Assembly: GCA_964291415.2 (NCBI GenBank) | Contig: OZ219920.1 | Location: 1,248,001-1,312,000, forward strand | From: Alphaproteobacteria bacterium | GTDB lineage: Bacteria; Pseudomonadota; Alphaproteobacteria; SP197 | Direction: 5' to 3' | DNA: 64,000 nt | In this document: piece after piece, positions 49,174 to 58,467 of the stretch | Layout of the letters: every line of letters begins with the position of its first letter | Numbering within the stretch: the first letter of the stretch is position 1 | Notes under the pieces: generated by a model | The model's database searches: none | The model's input: only the letters and a program-made list of their open reading frames with translations | Told to the model about the DNA's origin: nothing | Translations under genes and position numbers: made by a program

Positions 49174-49854
49174 TCACGATTCAATCCATGCGGGCCGGAC
49201 CAGACGGTTCCCTGGAATGCGCCGCATCCCCTTGCCCCCGACAAGCCAGACGTCGAAACCCGCCGGGAACAGTCCGGAAAAAGCCCTTTCGTGAACATCA
49301 AGTCCGCCCGCATAGGCGCCAAAGGCCGGCAAAATGACCCGCCTCCCGTCGCTAGCAAAGCAGCGGCGTCGAATTCTCGTCCCCTTCGGGGCAATGACGG
49401 CCGAAGGATGGAGGTGACCCGAGACCTCACCTGTCACCATAGTGCAAGACGGTTCGTGGCGGAATGTCAGCCTGCCCTTCGTGAAGGTCTCCATGGCGTG
49501 CCCGGAGAGCGTGACAGGCGGCGCCGGGTCATGATTGCCGGCAATCCAGATCCAGTCGCGCCCGCGAGCCAGATCCTCCAGTGCCGTACGCGAGGCCTCC
49601 TCCATTCCGCAAACTGCCTCGCGGTCGTGAAAGCTGTCACCGAGACAGACGACGCATTCGGGCTCTAGACGGGTGACGGCCTCAGCCAGATGCCGGATGG
49701 TGGCCCTCGTGTCATGGGGAGGCAGCAGCGATCCGTAACGGGCAAAGGCCTCTCCCTTCCCGAGATGGAGGTCGGCGACTGCCAGCAGGCGCATTTCGGC
49801 CCAGTAGAGGACTCCGGTAGGGTCCGGCTGCAGCGCCACGCCATTGACGATCAC
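49174..49854 (-). CDS. pdeM: Ligase-associated DNA damage response metallophosphoesterase/endonuclease
   Basis: VADLHLGK, LPPHDT, LGDSFHD, AGNHD, RHEP, SGHLHP, LPAFG. Confidence 0.9.
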   Translation of the reverse strand: MIVNGVALQPDPTGVLYWAEMRLLAVADLHLGKGEAFARYGSLLPPHDTRATIRHLAEAVTRLEPECVVCLGDSFHDREAVCGMEEASRTALEDLARGRDWIWIAGNHDPAPPVTLSGHAMETFTKGRLTFRHEPSCTMVTGEVSGHLHPSAVIAPKGTRIRRRCFASDGRRVILPAFGAYAGGLDVHERAFSGLFPAGFDVWLVGGKGMRRIPGNRLVRPAWIES

Positions 49855-52289
49855 GGATCACCGCCAAATGCTTCGATGAGATCATCGAGGGCCGAGGAAG
49901 CCACCATCTGACGTCCGACCTCGAACATCACCGGAAGGGCCAGGGGCGAGACCGTGTCAAGGTCACGCTGGATAATGCGTCCCCTCACCCTTACCAGCAT
50001 GTTCTCGAGGCGCCGGGTTTCCAGAAGTGTGTCCATGGCTTCCTTTCGCGCAGCTTCGAGAAGGACATGGTCGGGCTCGTGGCGACGCAGCACATCATAG
50101 ATGAGGTCGGTAGAGAACGTGACCTGGCGCCCGGTCTTGCGATAGCCGGGATGCTGGCGCTCGATGAGTCCGGCCACCGTCGCTACCTTGCGGAAGGACC
50201 GTTTCAAGAGGCTGGATCCGGCGAGCCAATCGTCGAGATCCTCCAGCAGGAGCGACTCATCGATGAGAGCCGCGGTATCCCTGACGTGCCGGAGACTCCA
50301 GATGGCAAGGGCATAGTCATTGGCGACAAACCCCAGCGGCCCGGCTCCCATGTGCTCCATGCGCCTTGTCATCAGCATGCCCAGAGTCTGGTGTGCAGGC
50401 CTCCCCTCGAAGGGGTAGGCGACGAGAAACTCCTTGCCGGCGCGAGGAAAGGTCTCGACCAGGAGATCATCGACGCCAGGCAGGACCGAGAACTCCGCCT
50501 GGAGATCGAGCCATTCCCTCACGTCTTCAGGCAGGACGGCGCGCCGATCCGGTTCTGCCACGATCTTTCTCAAGAACCCCGCAACGTTGGTGGTGGGAGG
50601 AAAGGAGCCGCCACCATAAATCGGCACACGCGGCTCTCCGCCTCGCGCCCTCGTGACAATCGCATCGGTCTGCCTGATGCCGACGAGCGCCCACACCTCA
50701 CCGGCAAAGGCAAAGGTTTCGCCGGGAGAAAGGCCAAGCATGAAGTGTTCCTCGACCTCGCCGATGACCTTGCCGTTCTTCATCCGCACCTTCAGCTTGG
50801 CATCCTCGACAATGGTGCCCGCGTTCATGCGTAAACGCCGAGCCGTCGCTTCGTCGACAATGCGCAACGTCCCATCGTCACCTGCCGTGAGGCGCCGGAA
50901 GCGCTCGTAGGCCACGAGCGCATATCCACCCGTGGCAGCATAGTCGACAATCCGGTCGAACAGACTGCGTTCGAGGTTCGCATAGGGAGCAGCCTTGACC
51001 ACGTCGCGGTAGAGAGTGTCCGGATCAAAGGGCCCGCTGGCAGCGGTTGCGAGGACGTGCTGGGCAAGAACATCAATGCCGCCGCGCTCCCGCGGAGCTC
51101 CGTCAAGGACGCCCTCTCCTATGGCATCGAGAACCGCCTGGCACTCCAGGAGTTCGAAGCGGTTAGCCGGCACCAGCAAGGCTCGCGAGGGTTCGTCCAT
51201 GCGGTGACGAGCCCGGCCAATGCGCTGCAGCATGCGGGCCACGCCCTTCGGGGCACCGATCTGGACGACCAGATCGACCGCTCCCCAGTCGACACCGAGA
51301 TCGAGAGTCGAGGTCGCCACCACGGCCCGCAAGGATCCGTCGGCCATCGCCGACTCGACTTTCAGTCTCTGCTCCCGGGCAAGGGAGCCGTGATGAAGGG
51401 CGATGCCGAGGTTGTCGTCATTGATCTCCCAGAGATCCTGAAACACCCGCTCGGCCTGACTGCGCGTGTTCACGAAGACGAGAGCGGTGCTGACGTCGCG
51501 AATCGCGCGATAGATGTCGGGTACCGCGTGCCGTGCAGTATGGCCGGCAAGTGGAATACGGTTGGCGGTCTTCATGATGGCGATGTCGGGAGAAGCCCCG
51601 CCATCGGCCCTGATGATCATGACGCCGGCGCCATCATCGAGATAGCCCCCGAGCTTCACCGGTTCGGCCACGGTGGCGGAGAGACCGATACGGCGTTGGT
51701 CCGGAGCCATTGCCGAGAGACGCGTCAGGGCGAGCGCCAGCTGATCGCCCCGCTTTGTTCCTGCCAGTTCGTGGATTTCATCAATGATGACAACCCGGAG
51801 GTCGCCGAAAATGCTGCCCGCTTCCGGCCAGGAGGCCAGAAGGGCGACGGACTCCGGCGTGGTGAGCAGGATGTCGGGCGGATCGCTGCGCTGCCGGCGC
51901 CGGCGAGCCTGAGGTGTATCGCCGGTACGGGTCTCGATCCTCGCGGCAATGCCGGTCTCCTCAACGAAGGCGCCGAGATTGCGCGCCATGTCGACACAGA
52001 GAGCCTTCAGCGGCGCCACGTAGAGGGTATGCAATCCGTTGTTGCCGGAGGCGGCAAGATCGGCCAGGGAAAAGAGAAACCCTGCCATGGTCTTGCCACC
52101 GCCGGTAGGCGCGATGACGAGACAGGAGCGGCCCTGTGTCATCGCGGCAAGGGTGTCAAGCTGATGCCGGCGGGGTTGCCAGCCACGCTCCATGAACCAG
52201 CGGTCGACAGCTTCCGGCAAGGTTGGCGAAGGCCGTCCGTATGGTTCCGGCCCGGGTGACATCACCTGAAGATCATTGGGCAGAACCAT
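49851..52289 (-). CDS. Ligase-associated DEXH-box helicase (Lhr-core)
   Basis: PTGGGKT, PLKAL, TTPES, IDEIH, GLSAT, HHGSL, QRIGR, FEGR.AHQ. The 52733 start in the track overlaps dsbA and is spurious. Confidence 0.92.
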   Translation of the reverse strand: MVLPNDLQVMSPGPEPYGRPSPTLPEAVDRWFMERGWQPRRHQLDTLAAMTQGRSCLVIAPTGGGKTMAGFLFSLADLAASGNNGLHTLYVAPLKALCVDMARNLGAFVEETGIAARIETRTGDTPQARRRRQRSDPPDILLTTPESVALLASWPEAGSIFGDLRVVIIDEIHELAGTKRGDQLALALTRLSAMAPDQRRIGLSATVAEPVKLGGYLDDGAGVMIIRADGGASPDIAIMKTANRIPLAGHTARHAVPDIYRAIRDVSTALVFVNTRSQAERVFQDLWEINDDNLGIALHHGSLAREQRLKVESAMADGSLRAVVATSTLDLGVDWGAVDLVVQIGAPKGVARMLQRIGRARHRMDEPSRALLVPANRFELLECQAVLDAIGEGVLDGAPRERGGIDVLAQHVLATAASGPFDPDTLYRDVVKAAPYANLERSLFDRIVDYAATGGYALVAYERFRRLTAGDDGTLRIVDEATARRLRMNAGTIVEDAKLKVRMKNGKVIGEVEEHFMLGLSPGETFAFAGEVWALVGIRQTDAIVTRARGGEPRVPIYGGGSFPPTTNVAGFLRKIVAEPDRRAVLPEDVREWLDLQAEFSVLPGVDDLLVETFPRAGKEFLVAYPFEGRPAHQTLGMLMTRRMEHMGAGPLGFVANDYALAIWSLRHVRDTAALIDESLLLEDLDDWLAGSSLLKRSFRKVATVAGLIERQHPGYRKTGRQVTFSTDLIYDVLRRHEPDHVLLEAARKEAMDTLLETRRLENMLVRVRGRIIQRDLDTVSPLALPVMFEVGRQMVASSALDDLIEAFGGDP

Positions 52290-52315
52290 CGTCAGGCGAA
52301 GACCGGGGGCGGACC

Positions 52316-53029
52316 CTAATCGATGCCGAGAATGGTCTCGAAGTCCCCCGGTCTGATGGCGCCGGGATAGAGATCGCCGTTGATGATGAATGCCGGCGTG
52401 CCGTTGATTCCGATGGCGCTGGCCAGCTGGTGGGTCCGCTCGAGATAGGCCTCGATGGCAGGATCGTTCATGTCGGTGCTCAGGCGTCCGGTGTCGAGAC
52501 CCACCGATTGCGCCAGTGCCATGAGACCGGCCTCGCTGTAGTCGTCTCCCTCGAGCATGAGGGCCCGATGGTAGGCCTCGTAGAGTCCCTGCTCGCGGGC
52601 TGCCAGGGCCGCCTTCGCGGCACGCAGGGAATCCTCTCCCAGAATCGGGAACTCCTTGTAGATCACCTTGGCGCCGGGAACCGTGTCCCTTACGGCGAAG
52701 AGACCGGGCGCGCTCATGCGGCAATAGCCACACCGGTAGTCGAAGAATTCGACGATCACGACATCGCCGTCGGGATCGCCTCCCCAGGGTGTTTCGGGAT
52801 CATGATGAATATCGTCGTCCAATCGGGCAATGGCCTGTCTTGCCGCATCAGCTTCACGTTCTTCGCGCAGGCGTTCCCACGCCTCCAGCGCCCGGATGAC
52901 GATCTCCGGATTGCGGGTGAGGTAGTCCTCGATGATTGCCTCGACATCGGTCCTGGTCATCGGCGGATCGTCCGCCACCGCGGGCGTCAGCATGAGCAGC
53001 AGAACAGCTGCAACAATGGCTCTCGTCAT
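52316..53029 (-). CDS. DsbA family protein (Com1/ScsC-like)
   Basis: Signal peptide, YL..NPE, EFFDYRCGYC, KEFPIL, GINGTP. Confidence 0.92.
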   Translation of the reverse strand: MTRAIVAAVLLLMLTPAVADDPPMTRTDVEAIIEDYLTRNPEIVIRALEAWERLREEREADAARQAIARLDDDIHHDPETPWGGDPDGDVVIVEFFDYRCGYCRMSAPGLFAVRDTVPGAKVIYKEFPILGEDSLRAAKAALAAREQGLYEAYHRALMLEGDDYSEAGLMALAQSVGLDTGRLSTDMNDPAIEAYLERTHQLASAIGINGTPAFIINGDLYPGAIRPGDFETILGID

Positions 53030-53070
53030 GGTGTTTCCGTGTCCTTTCCCGCGGGTTGCTGGTGAGACCT

Positions 53071-53775
53071 TCATCGGTGCGCGAATTTGGCGACAAGGTC
53101 CTTGAGACTGGACGAATCGACAAACCCTACAATCATCTGGTCCCCGATGACGGTGGTCGGCACGTTCTCGATGCCCAGTTGTGATGCGAGTGCGCGGTTG
53201 GCGGCAAGGGCGTTGGCAACAGTTGGTGATCCGGCGTCGGCGGACAGTCGACCGGGATCGAGTCCGAGAGCTCCGCCGAGCCCTACGAAATCGGCGTCAT
53301 CCACCGGAACGGCGCCATACATCATGGCCCGGTGGTAGGGAGGCCACGCTCCCTGAAGCCCCGCGGCAAGGGCGTGGCGTGCCGCACTCAGCGATTGCCC
53401 TGCCTCGCCGGGAAGATCGATGACAGCCACCCGGACATCGGGGTTCGCCTCCAGGAATTCGTCGATGGCAAGGGCGAGGCGACGACAGTGACTGCAAAGA
53501 TAGTCGGAAAAGACAAAGAGTACGGTTTCGCCGTCGGGAGTGCCAAGACGGTTGACCTGCGGCAGGTCCGCCACCAGGGCGGCCGTGTCGCCGGTCACCG
53601 TGCTGTTGACGTCATGCGTTTCACCGATGAGTCCTGTCTCGCGCAGGGCGAAGGCGATGACAAGCACGCCGACGATGAGGAGGACGTTCCTCTTCGAGGA
53701 CCGGCCGCGCCGCTCCTGCGAGAAGGCCCTGTTGACGGCTTCGCCAATCCTCTTCTTTCTCTCGTCGCTCTCCAA
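53071..53775 (-). CDS. DsbA family protein, membrane-anchored, divergent
   Basis: N-terminal TM, FSDYLCSHC, LGIENVPT; TTG start after GGAG. Confidence 0.8.
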   Translation of the reverse strand: MESDERKKRIGEAVNRAFSQERRGRSSKRNVLLIVGVLVIAFALRETGLIGETHDVNSTVTGDTAALVADLPQVNRLGTPDGETVLFVFSDYLCSHCRRLALAIDEFLEANPDVRVAVIDLPGEAGQSLSAARHALAAGLQGAWPPYHRAMMYGAVPVDDADFVGLGGALGLDPGRLSADAGSPTVANALAANRALASQLGIENVPTTVIGDQMIVGFVDSSSLKDLVAKFAHR

Positions 53776-53788
53776 TGGACTCCGCCCT

Positions 53789-54580
53789 TCAGAATTCGAG
53801 CAGCCGGGCCAGTCGCTCGACAACCGTCGGCGCACCAAGCAGTACGTCGTGTCCCCGGCCACGGCCCGTGTGGCGCACGAGGACGATGCCGCCAGCCTCC
53901 TCGATGAGGATGCGGGATGCGGCAAAGTCCCACAAGGAGAGATCGGGATCGACGACGGCGTCGACCGCGCCGCGCGCCGCCGCCACATGGGCGAACACGT
54001 CGCCGAAGATGCGCAAGTCTTCGACCGCCTCGGCAAGCGTTCCGACAAGATGTTCGATGCCGCTGATGCGGAACTGCCGGAGGAGGCCTGCGGCCACCGT
54101 CGCCCGGGAGAGCTCCGTGGTATCGGCCACATGGATGCGCTCGCCGTTGCGCCAGGCGCCGCCTCCCCGCCAGGCCCAGAAGGTTTCATCCGTGCCCGGG
54201 AGTCTGATGGCGCCCGCCACCACATGTCCTGTCTCGACACACTGCAGGGCCACCAGGGTACCCCAGACAGGAATATCGCGAGCGAAGGCCGTGGTGCCGT
54301 CGATGGGGTCGACGACCCAACGCCACGGTGAGCCCTCTCCCGTCTCGCCCTCTTCCTCTCCGAGAACGGCTGCTCCGGACGGATAGGCGCTCTCCTGGAG
54401 CGTCCGGCGCACCAGGCGCTCCGCCATGGTGTCGGCCGTCGTTTGCGGACTGCCATCGTCCTTGAGCGATGTCCGGAACGATCCTGTTCGCGCAATCTCG
54501 AGGAGACGCGAAGACGGCGCCTCGGCCGCCAGTCGCGCAACCGACGCGGCCTCTGCCAGATCGATCGAATGCGCCGTCAC
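53789..54580 (-). CDS. Inositol monophosphatase family protein (HisN-like)
   Basis: K.D.SP.T.AD, LGEE, WVVDPIDGT, WDFAA...IEEAGG. Confidence 0.88.
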   Translation of the reverse strand: MTAHSIDLAEAASVARLAAEAPSSRLLEIARTGSFRTSLKDDGSPQTTADTMAERLVRRTLQESAYPSGAAVLGEEEGETGEGSPWRWVVDPIDGTTAFARDIPVWGTLVALQCVETGHVVAGAIRLPGTDETFWAWRGGGAWRNGERIHVADTTELSRATVAAGLLRQFRISGIEHLVGTLAEAVEDLRIFGDVFAHVAAARGAVDAVVDPDLSLWDFAASRILIEEAGGIVLVRHTGRGRGHDVLLGAPTVVERLARLLEF

Positions 54581-56556
54581 GGTTCCAGCACCAGGGCCGG
54601 CCCCGACAGTCGTCCCGATACGGTATCGCCCGTGACGAGATCACACACCACTCCCTGGACCTCCGGCACAGGCACATCGCGCATGCCGGGCGACGGAAGC
54701 AGCAGGGCCCGGGCGGCGCCCTCGAGGCCCAGAAGCGTGATTGACGGTGTCTGCGTGCGCGAAGTCAGCCGGCACCCGGCTCCCAGCATGCGGTGGAGGT
54801 TGCGCACGATGGCCGCACCCGCTTGCGGGTTGTAGAGGCGATCGACCAGCCCACCGCAAAAGTGGTATCCGCGATCGATACCGGTGAAGTTGTCGAGCAC
54901 CACCGCAACATCATCGAAGCACATGGCCGCCGTGACGGATTCGGCCACCCGGTTTTCATCGAACTCCGCGTCCTCGTCCCGCTCCGCAGGGGTGTGCCGG
55001 GTGAATCGGACATGAACGACGGCCTTGACGTCCAGCCCCGCGACGCTGGTTCGCGCGGCCTCGATTGCTTGCGCCGGAGAGTCCTTTCTGTCGACGCCGA
55101 ACACCACACCGTCGAGAACGCGGGGAGCGTCCTCGAGAGCGAGGAGACTATCCACGACACCCCGCTCGTCGACGCCGAGGCCGTGACTGCAACTGAACAT
55201 GCCGCTTTCCGGACGAAAGGCATTGAAGAGCACGGGAACATCGCCCCGAAGTCCGGCGATCCCGCCAAGCAGTTCGGGCAGGGCAAGGACAGGGGCAACG
55301 ACTTCCCAGAAGGCAAGATGGTGGCCGTGTTCCATGAGGGCACGGCGCGCCTCTGTCCCGGGCAGACCATACGAGAAGGCGGTAAAGCGGTGGCCGAGAG
55401 AAGCGAGTTCGGCCATGCGCTGGCCGGTGTCCGGATCGGCCAGGTCGTCGAGAGGCACCCGCAACTGGCCCACGCCCATCTCCCACAGGGCCAGCAGGGG
55501 GTAGTCGTTGCGGATGGGCTTGCGCCTGAAACTGTCGAGGCCCCAGGGCGTGGGGATGTTGGCGCTCTCGCACCATGGCTGGCGCAGGTCTAGGCCGATG
55601 CCGCGCTGACCCGGCCCGAGGCCATGAACGGGAGGCGTTGCAATGGCCCTTTCCGCTTGGCGCGTACGGCCGAAGGTACGGACGACATGCAGGAGATGCC
55701 CGGTTTCGTGCACGTCGACGACGCCATAGCCAAGTTTCGCGGTATCGTGGCGGCCCTGTTTGAAACCGGGCGCCGCGCGAAAGAGCTCGTGGTAATCGTG
55801 ACGCAGGAAACTCGTCGACGGAAGAACGTACATGCTTGTCGCGTGATGTCGATTGAAGAAGAAGTTGTGTACGTGGCCGGCGAACTGCGCCTCCACCCCA
55901 TGACGCGCAAACAGCCCGAGCAGCCATGACCGTCCCGGTTCGTCGGTGGCGTCATAGTGGCCGGTCTCACCGGCATGAGACAGGTAGGGGGGGTAGTGGG
56001 AAAAAACGAAGATGCGCCGGCCGCCGTTGTCGGCCAGCAGCGTTTCGAGCCACCGCCTCTGGCGATCCTCTGCCACAAGACCCGAATTCACGATCATCCC
56101 GTTCATCACCACGAACAGGCAGTCCGCGTGTTCAAACGCGTAGTACTGGGACTGAAAGTAACGTTCGTACTCGGCAATCATGTCGTCGTTGACCGTCAGT
56201 CGCGCATCCTGGTCTGCCAGGGGATCGCCGGGAAAGGCCTTCTCGCCAATGTCATGGTTGCCGGGGACGAGATGGAGTGGACATTCGAGTTCCTCGAAGA
56301 CCTGATGAAATCTCTGCGCTGACTCCTCGTAGGCCGGCGTGCCGGGTCCGGGATGCGTGATGTCTCCCAGATGAACCACGAAGTCAGGGGCCCGGCGATT
56401 GATCTCCTCAACCACGTAAAGGCATCGCTCGACATTGAGGAGGATCGTGTCGACGTCATATCCGCCGATGGCCATGGCCTCCTCCTCGGTAACGTGGGAA
56501 TCGGCGACGACAGCAAAGGTGAAGAGACGCCTGCCACGCGTGCAAGATTCATGCAT
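54577..56556 (-). CDS. Calcineurin-like metallophosphoesterase with a large uncharacterised C-terminal region
   Basis: ADSH, HLGD, PGNHD, SHYP and GHVH in the first ~290 aa; ~370 additional residues. Confidence 0.82.
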   Translation of the reverse strand: MHESCTRGRRLFTFAVVADSHVTEEEAMAIGGYDVDTILLNVERCLYVVEEINRRAPDFVVHLGDITHPGPGTPAYEESAQRFHQVFEELECPLHLVPGNHDIGEKAFPGDPLADQDARLTVNDDMIAEYERYFQSQYYAFEHADCLFVVMNGMIVNSGLVAEDRQRRWLETLLADNGGRRIFVFSHYPPYLSHAGETGHYDATDEPGRSWLLGLFARHGVEAQFAGHVHNFFFNRHHATSMYVLPSTSFLRHDYHELFRAAPGFKQGRHDTAKLGYGVVDVHETGHLLHVVRTFGRTRQAERAIATPPVHGLGPGQRGIGLDLRQPWCESANIPTPWGLDSFRRKPIRNDYPLLALWEMGVGQLRVPLDDLADPDTGQRMAELASLGHRFTAFSYGLPGTEARRALMEHGHHLAFWEVVAPVLALPELLGGIAGLRGDVPVLFNAFRPESGMFSCSHGLGVDERGVVDSLLALEDAPRVLDGVVFGVDRKDSPAQAIEAARTSVAGLDVKAVVHVRFTRHTPAERDEDAEFDENRVAESVTAAMCFDDVAVVLDNFTGIDRGYHFCGGLVDRLYNPQAGAAIVRNLHRMLGAGCRLTSRTQTPSITLLGLEGAARALLLPSPGMRDVPVPEVQGVVCDLVTGDTVSGRLSGPALVLEP

Positions 56557-56649
56557 GACTCAACACTCCCGGGTGAATATCGAACCGGAACCTCGCTCGA
56601 CCGTGATCCTGACGGACCTGGAGACCGGATGAGGCGGCGGTCCCGGCTG

Positions 56650-57831
56650 TCATCTGCCGGCGCCCGGGGAATGCCCGAGTTCCCGCCTCTCACGCATCAT
56701 GTGGCGAGCAATCAGAAGCTTCTGGATTTCGGACGTTCCCTCGTAGAGCCTGTAGAGACGCACATCCCGGTAGAGACGGGCCACCGCTGTCTCGTTGACA
56801 TAGCCGGCGCCGCCATGAATCTGCACCGCCCGGTCCGCCACCCGTCCCACCATCTCGCTGGCGAGATACTTCGCCTGGGAGGCGAGCCTGGTGATGGACT
56901 CACCGGCCACTGCCCGCCGTGCCACATCGCGTACGAATGCCCAGGCGGAATCGTGCTCGGTGCGGCTGTCCGCCAGCATCGCCTGAACCAGCTGGAAATC
57001 GCCGATGGGCCTGCCGAACTGCCGGCGCTCCAGTGCGTGATCAAGGGCTTCGTCAATGATCCTGTCGGCCAGTCCGCAACATGTAGCAGCAAGGTGGAGG
57101 CGGCCGCGGTCAAGAACCTGCATGGCGATCCTGAAGCCCTCGCCCTCGACACCTCCGATCAGCGCTTCGGCGGGAACGTGGCAATCCTCGAAGATGACAT
57201 CGCATACCTGCGCTCCCTTCTGGCCGATCTTGTCGTAGGGGGATCCGAGGCGGATGCCGTCGCTGGCGGCATCGACAATGAAGGCGGAAATGCCATCAGC
57301 CCCCGACTTGTGCGGGTCGGTGCGGGCCATCACCGTGAAGACATCGGCCACCGGCGCGTTCGTGATGAACCGCTTGACACCGTTGAGTACATAGCCATCG
57401 CCCTGTCGCGCGGCCAGGGTCTTCAGGGAGGCAGCATCGGATCCGGCTTCGGGTTCGGTGAGTGCGAAGGACGCGATGACCTCGCCTCGCGCCATGCGCG
57501 GCAACCAGGTCATCTTCTGCTGTTCGGTGCCGCCGATGACAAGGCCCTGGGAACCGATTGTCACGTTCGTGCCAAAGACGGAACGGAAGGCCGGCGCCGC
57601 GTGGGTGATGGTCCATGCCACCTCAACCTCTTCCGCTGTTGTCAGGCCCATGCCTGAGTACCTTTCGGGGATTGTCAGGCCGAAGAGACCGAGATCCCTC
57701 ATGCCGGTCACGATATCGTCCGGAATGCGGTCTTCGGCATCCACCGCGGCTTCCGCCGGAATCAGGCGCTCGCGAACAAATCGCGACAGGGTGTCGAGAA
57801 GCTGATCGAGGGTCTGCTGGTCGAGCGCCAT
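56650..57831 (-). CDS. Acyl-CoA dehydrogenase
   Basis: FALTEPEAGSD, LNGVKRFITN, RRQFG, AVQIHGGAGY, RLYEGTSEIQ. Confidence 0.95.
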   Translation of the reverse strand: MALDQQTLDQLLDTLSRFVRERLIPAEAAVDAEDRIPDDIVTGMRDLGLFGLTIPERYSGMGLTTAEEVEVAWTITHAAPAFRSVFGTNVTIGSQGLVIGGTEQQKMTWLPRMARGEVIASFALTEPEAGSDAASLKTLAARQGDGYVLNGVKRFITNAPVADVFTVMARTDPHKSGADGISAFIVDAASDGIRLGSPYDKIGQKGAQVCDVIFEDCHVPAEALIGGVEGEGFRIAMQVLDRGRLHLAATCCGLADRIIDEALDHALERRQFGRPIGDFQLVQAMLADSRTEHDSAWAFVRDVARRAVAGESITRLASQAKYLASEMVGRVADRAVQIHGGAGYVNETAVARLYRDVRLYRLYEGTSEIQKLLIARHMMRERRELGHSPGAGR

Positions 57832-57963
57832 GGCGGCATCCTGCGGAGGGCGCCACGACCCTACCCCCGTCGCCGAACCTTCGCCAATCCCGAACGCGGC
57901 GAATTCTTGACCGCGAACGCGTGTTTCCGGCAAAGAGTGCGCACGGCGGCACGTGAGCAGGCG

Positions 57964-58380
57964 ATGGGTACACCAACGGGCATTCCTGATGGCTTTGTCG
58001 CGGTCGAACCGGATGATCCCTTCGAAGGCGTCATCGGCGTGTGCTGGTACAACGACATGGGCAACGGCCGCATCGAAGTCGGCGTCCTTGCCGACGAGCG
58101 CCATGCCAACGAGTACGGGTGGGTTCACGGGGGCGTCATGATGACCATGGCTGATGCAGCGCTCTGCATGAATTCGCGCTGGCACGATGCGGCAGAAGGC
58201 GCCATCACGGTGAGCGCCACCAGCAACTTCGTGGCGGGCGCGAAGATTGGCGATTTCCTGGAGACCCGGACCAGGGTGGTGCGACGCACCCGGCAGTTCA
58301 GCTTCGTGGCCTGCGAGGTCGTGGCCGGCGACAGGGTCTGTCTCACATCAAGCGGCGTCATCAAGCGCCTTCTTCCATGA
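57964..58380 (+). CDS. PaaI family (hotdog fold) thioesterase
   Basis: HAN..GWVHGG..MTMAD motif. Confidence 0.88.
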   Translation: MGTPTGIPDGFVAVEPDDPFEGVIGVCWYNDMGNGRIEVGVLADERHANEYGWVHGGVMMTMADAALCMNSRWHDAAEGAITVSATSNFVAGAKIGDFLETRTRVVRRTRQFSFVACEVVAGDRVCLTSSGVIKRLLP

Positions 58381-58467
58381 CACCGCAGGGCAACAGGCGC
58401 TTGTGCCCGTGATTTCGCGGGACAACTCTGCCCCGGACCCGGTCCCTTTCGGAACCGGACCGGTCAT

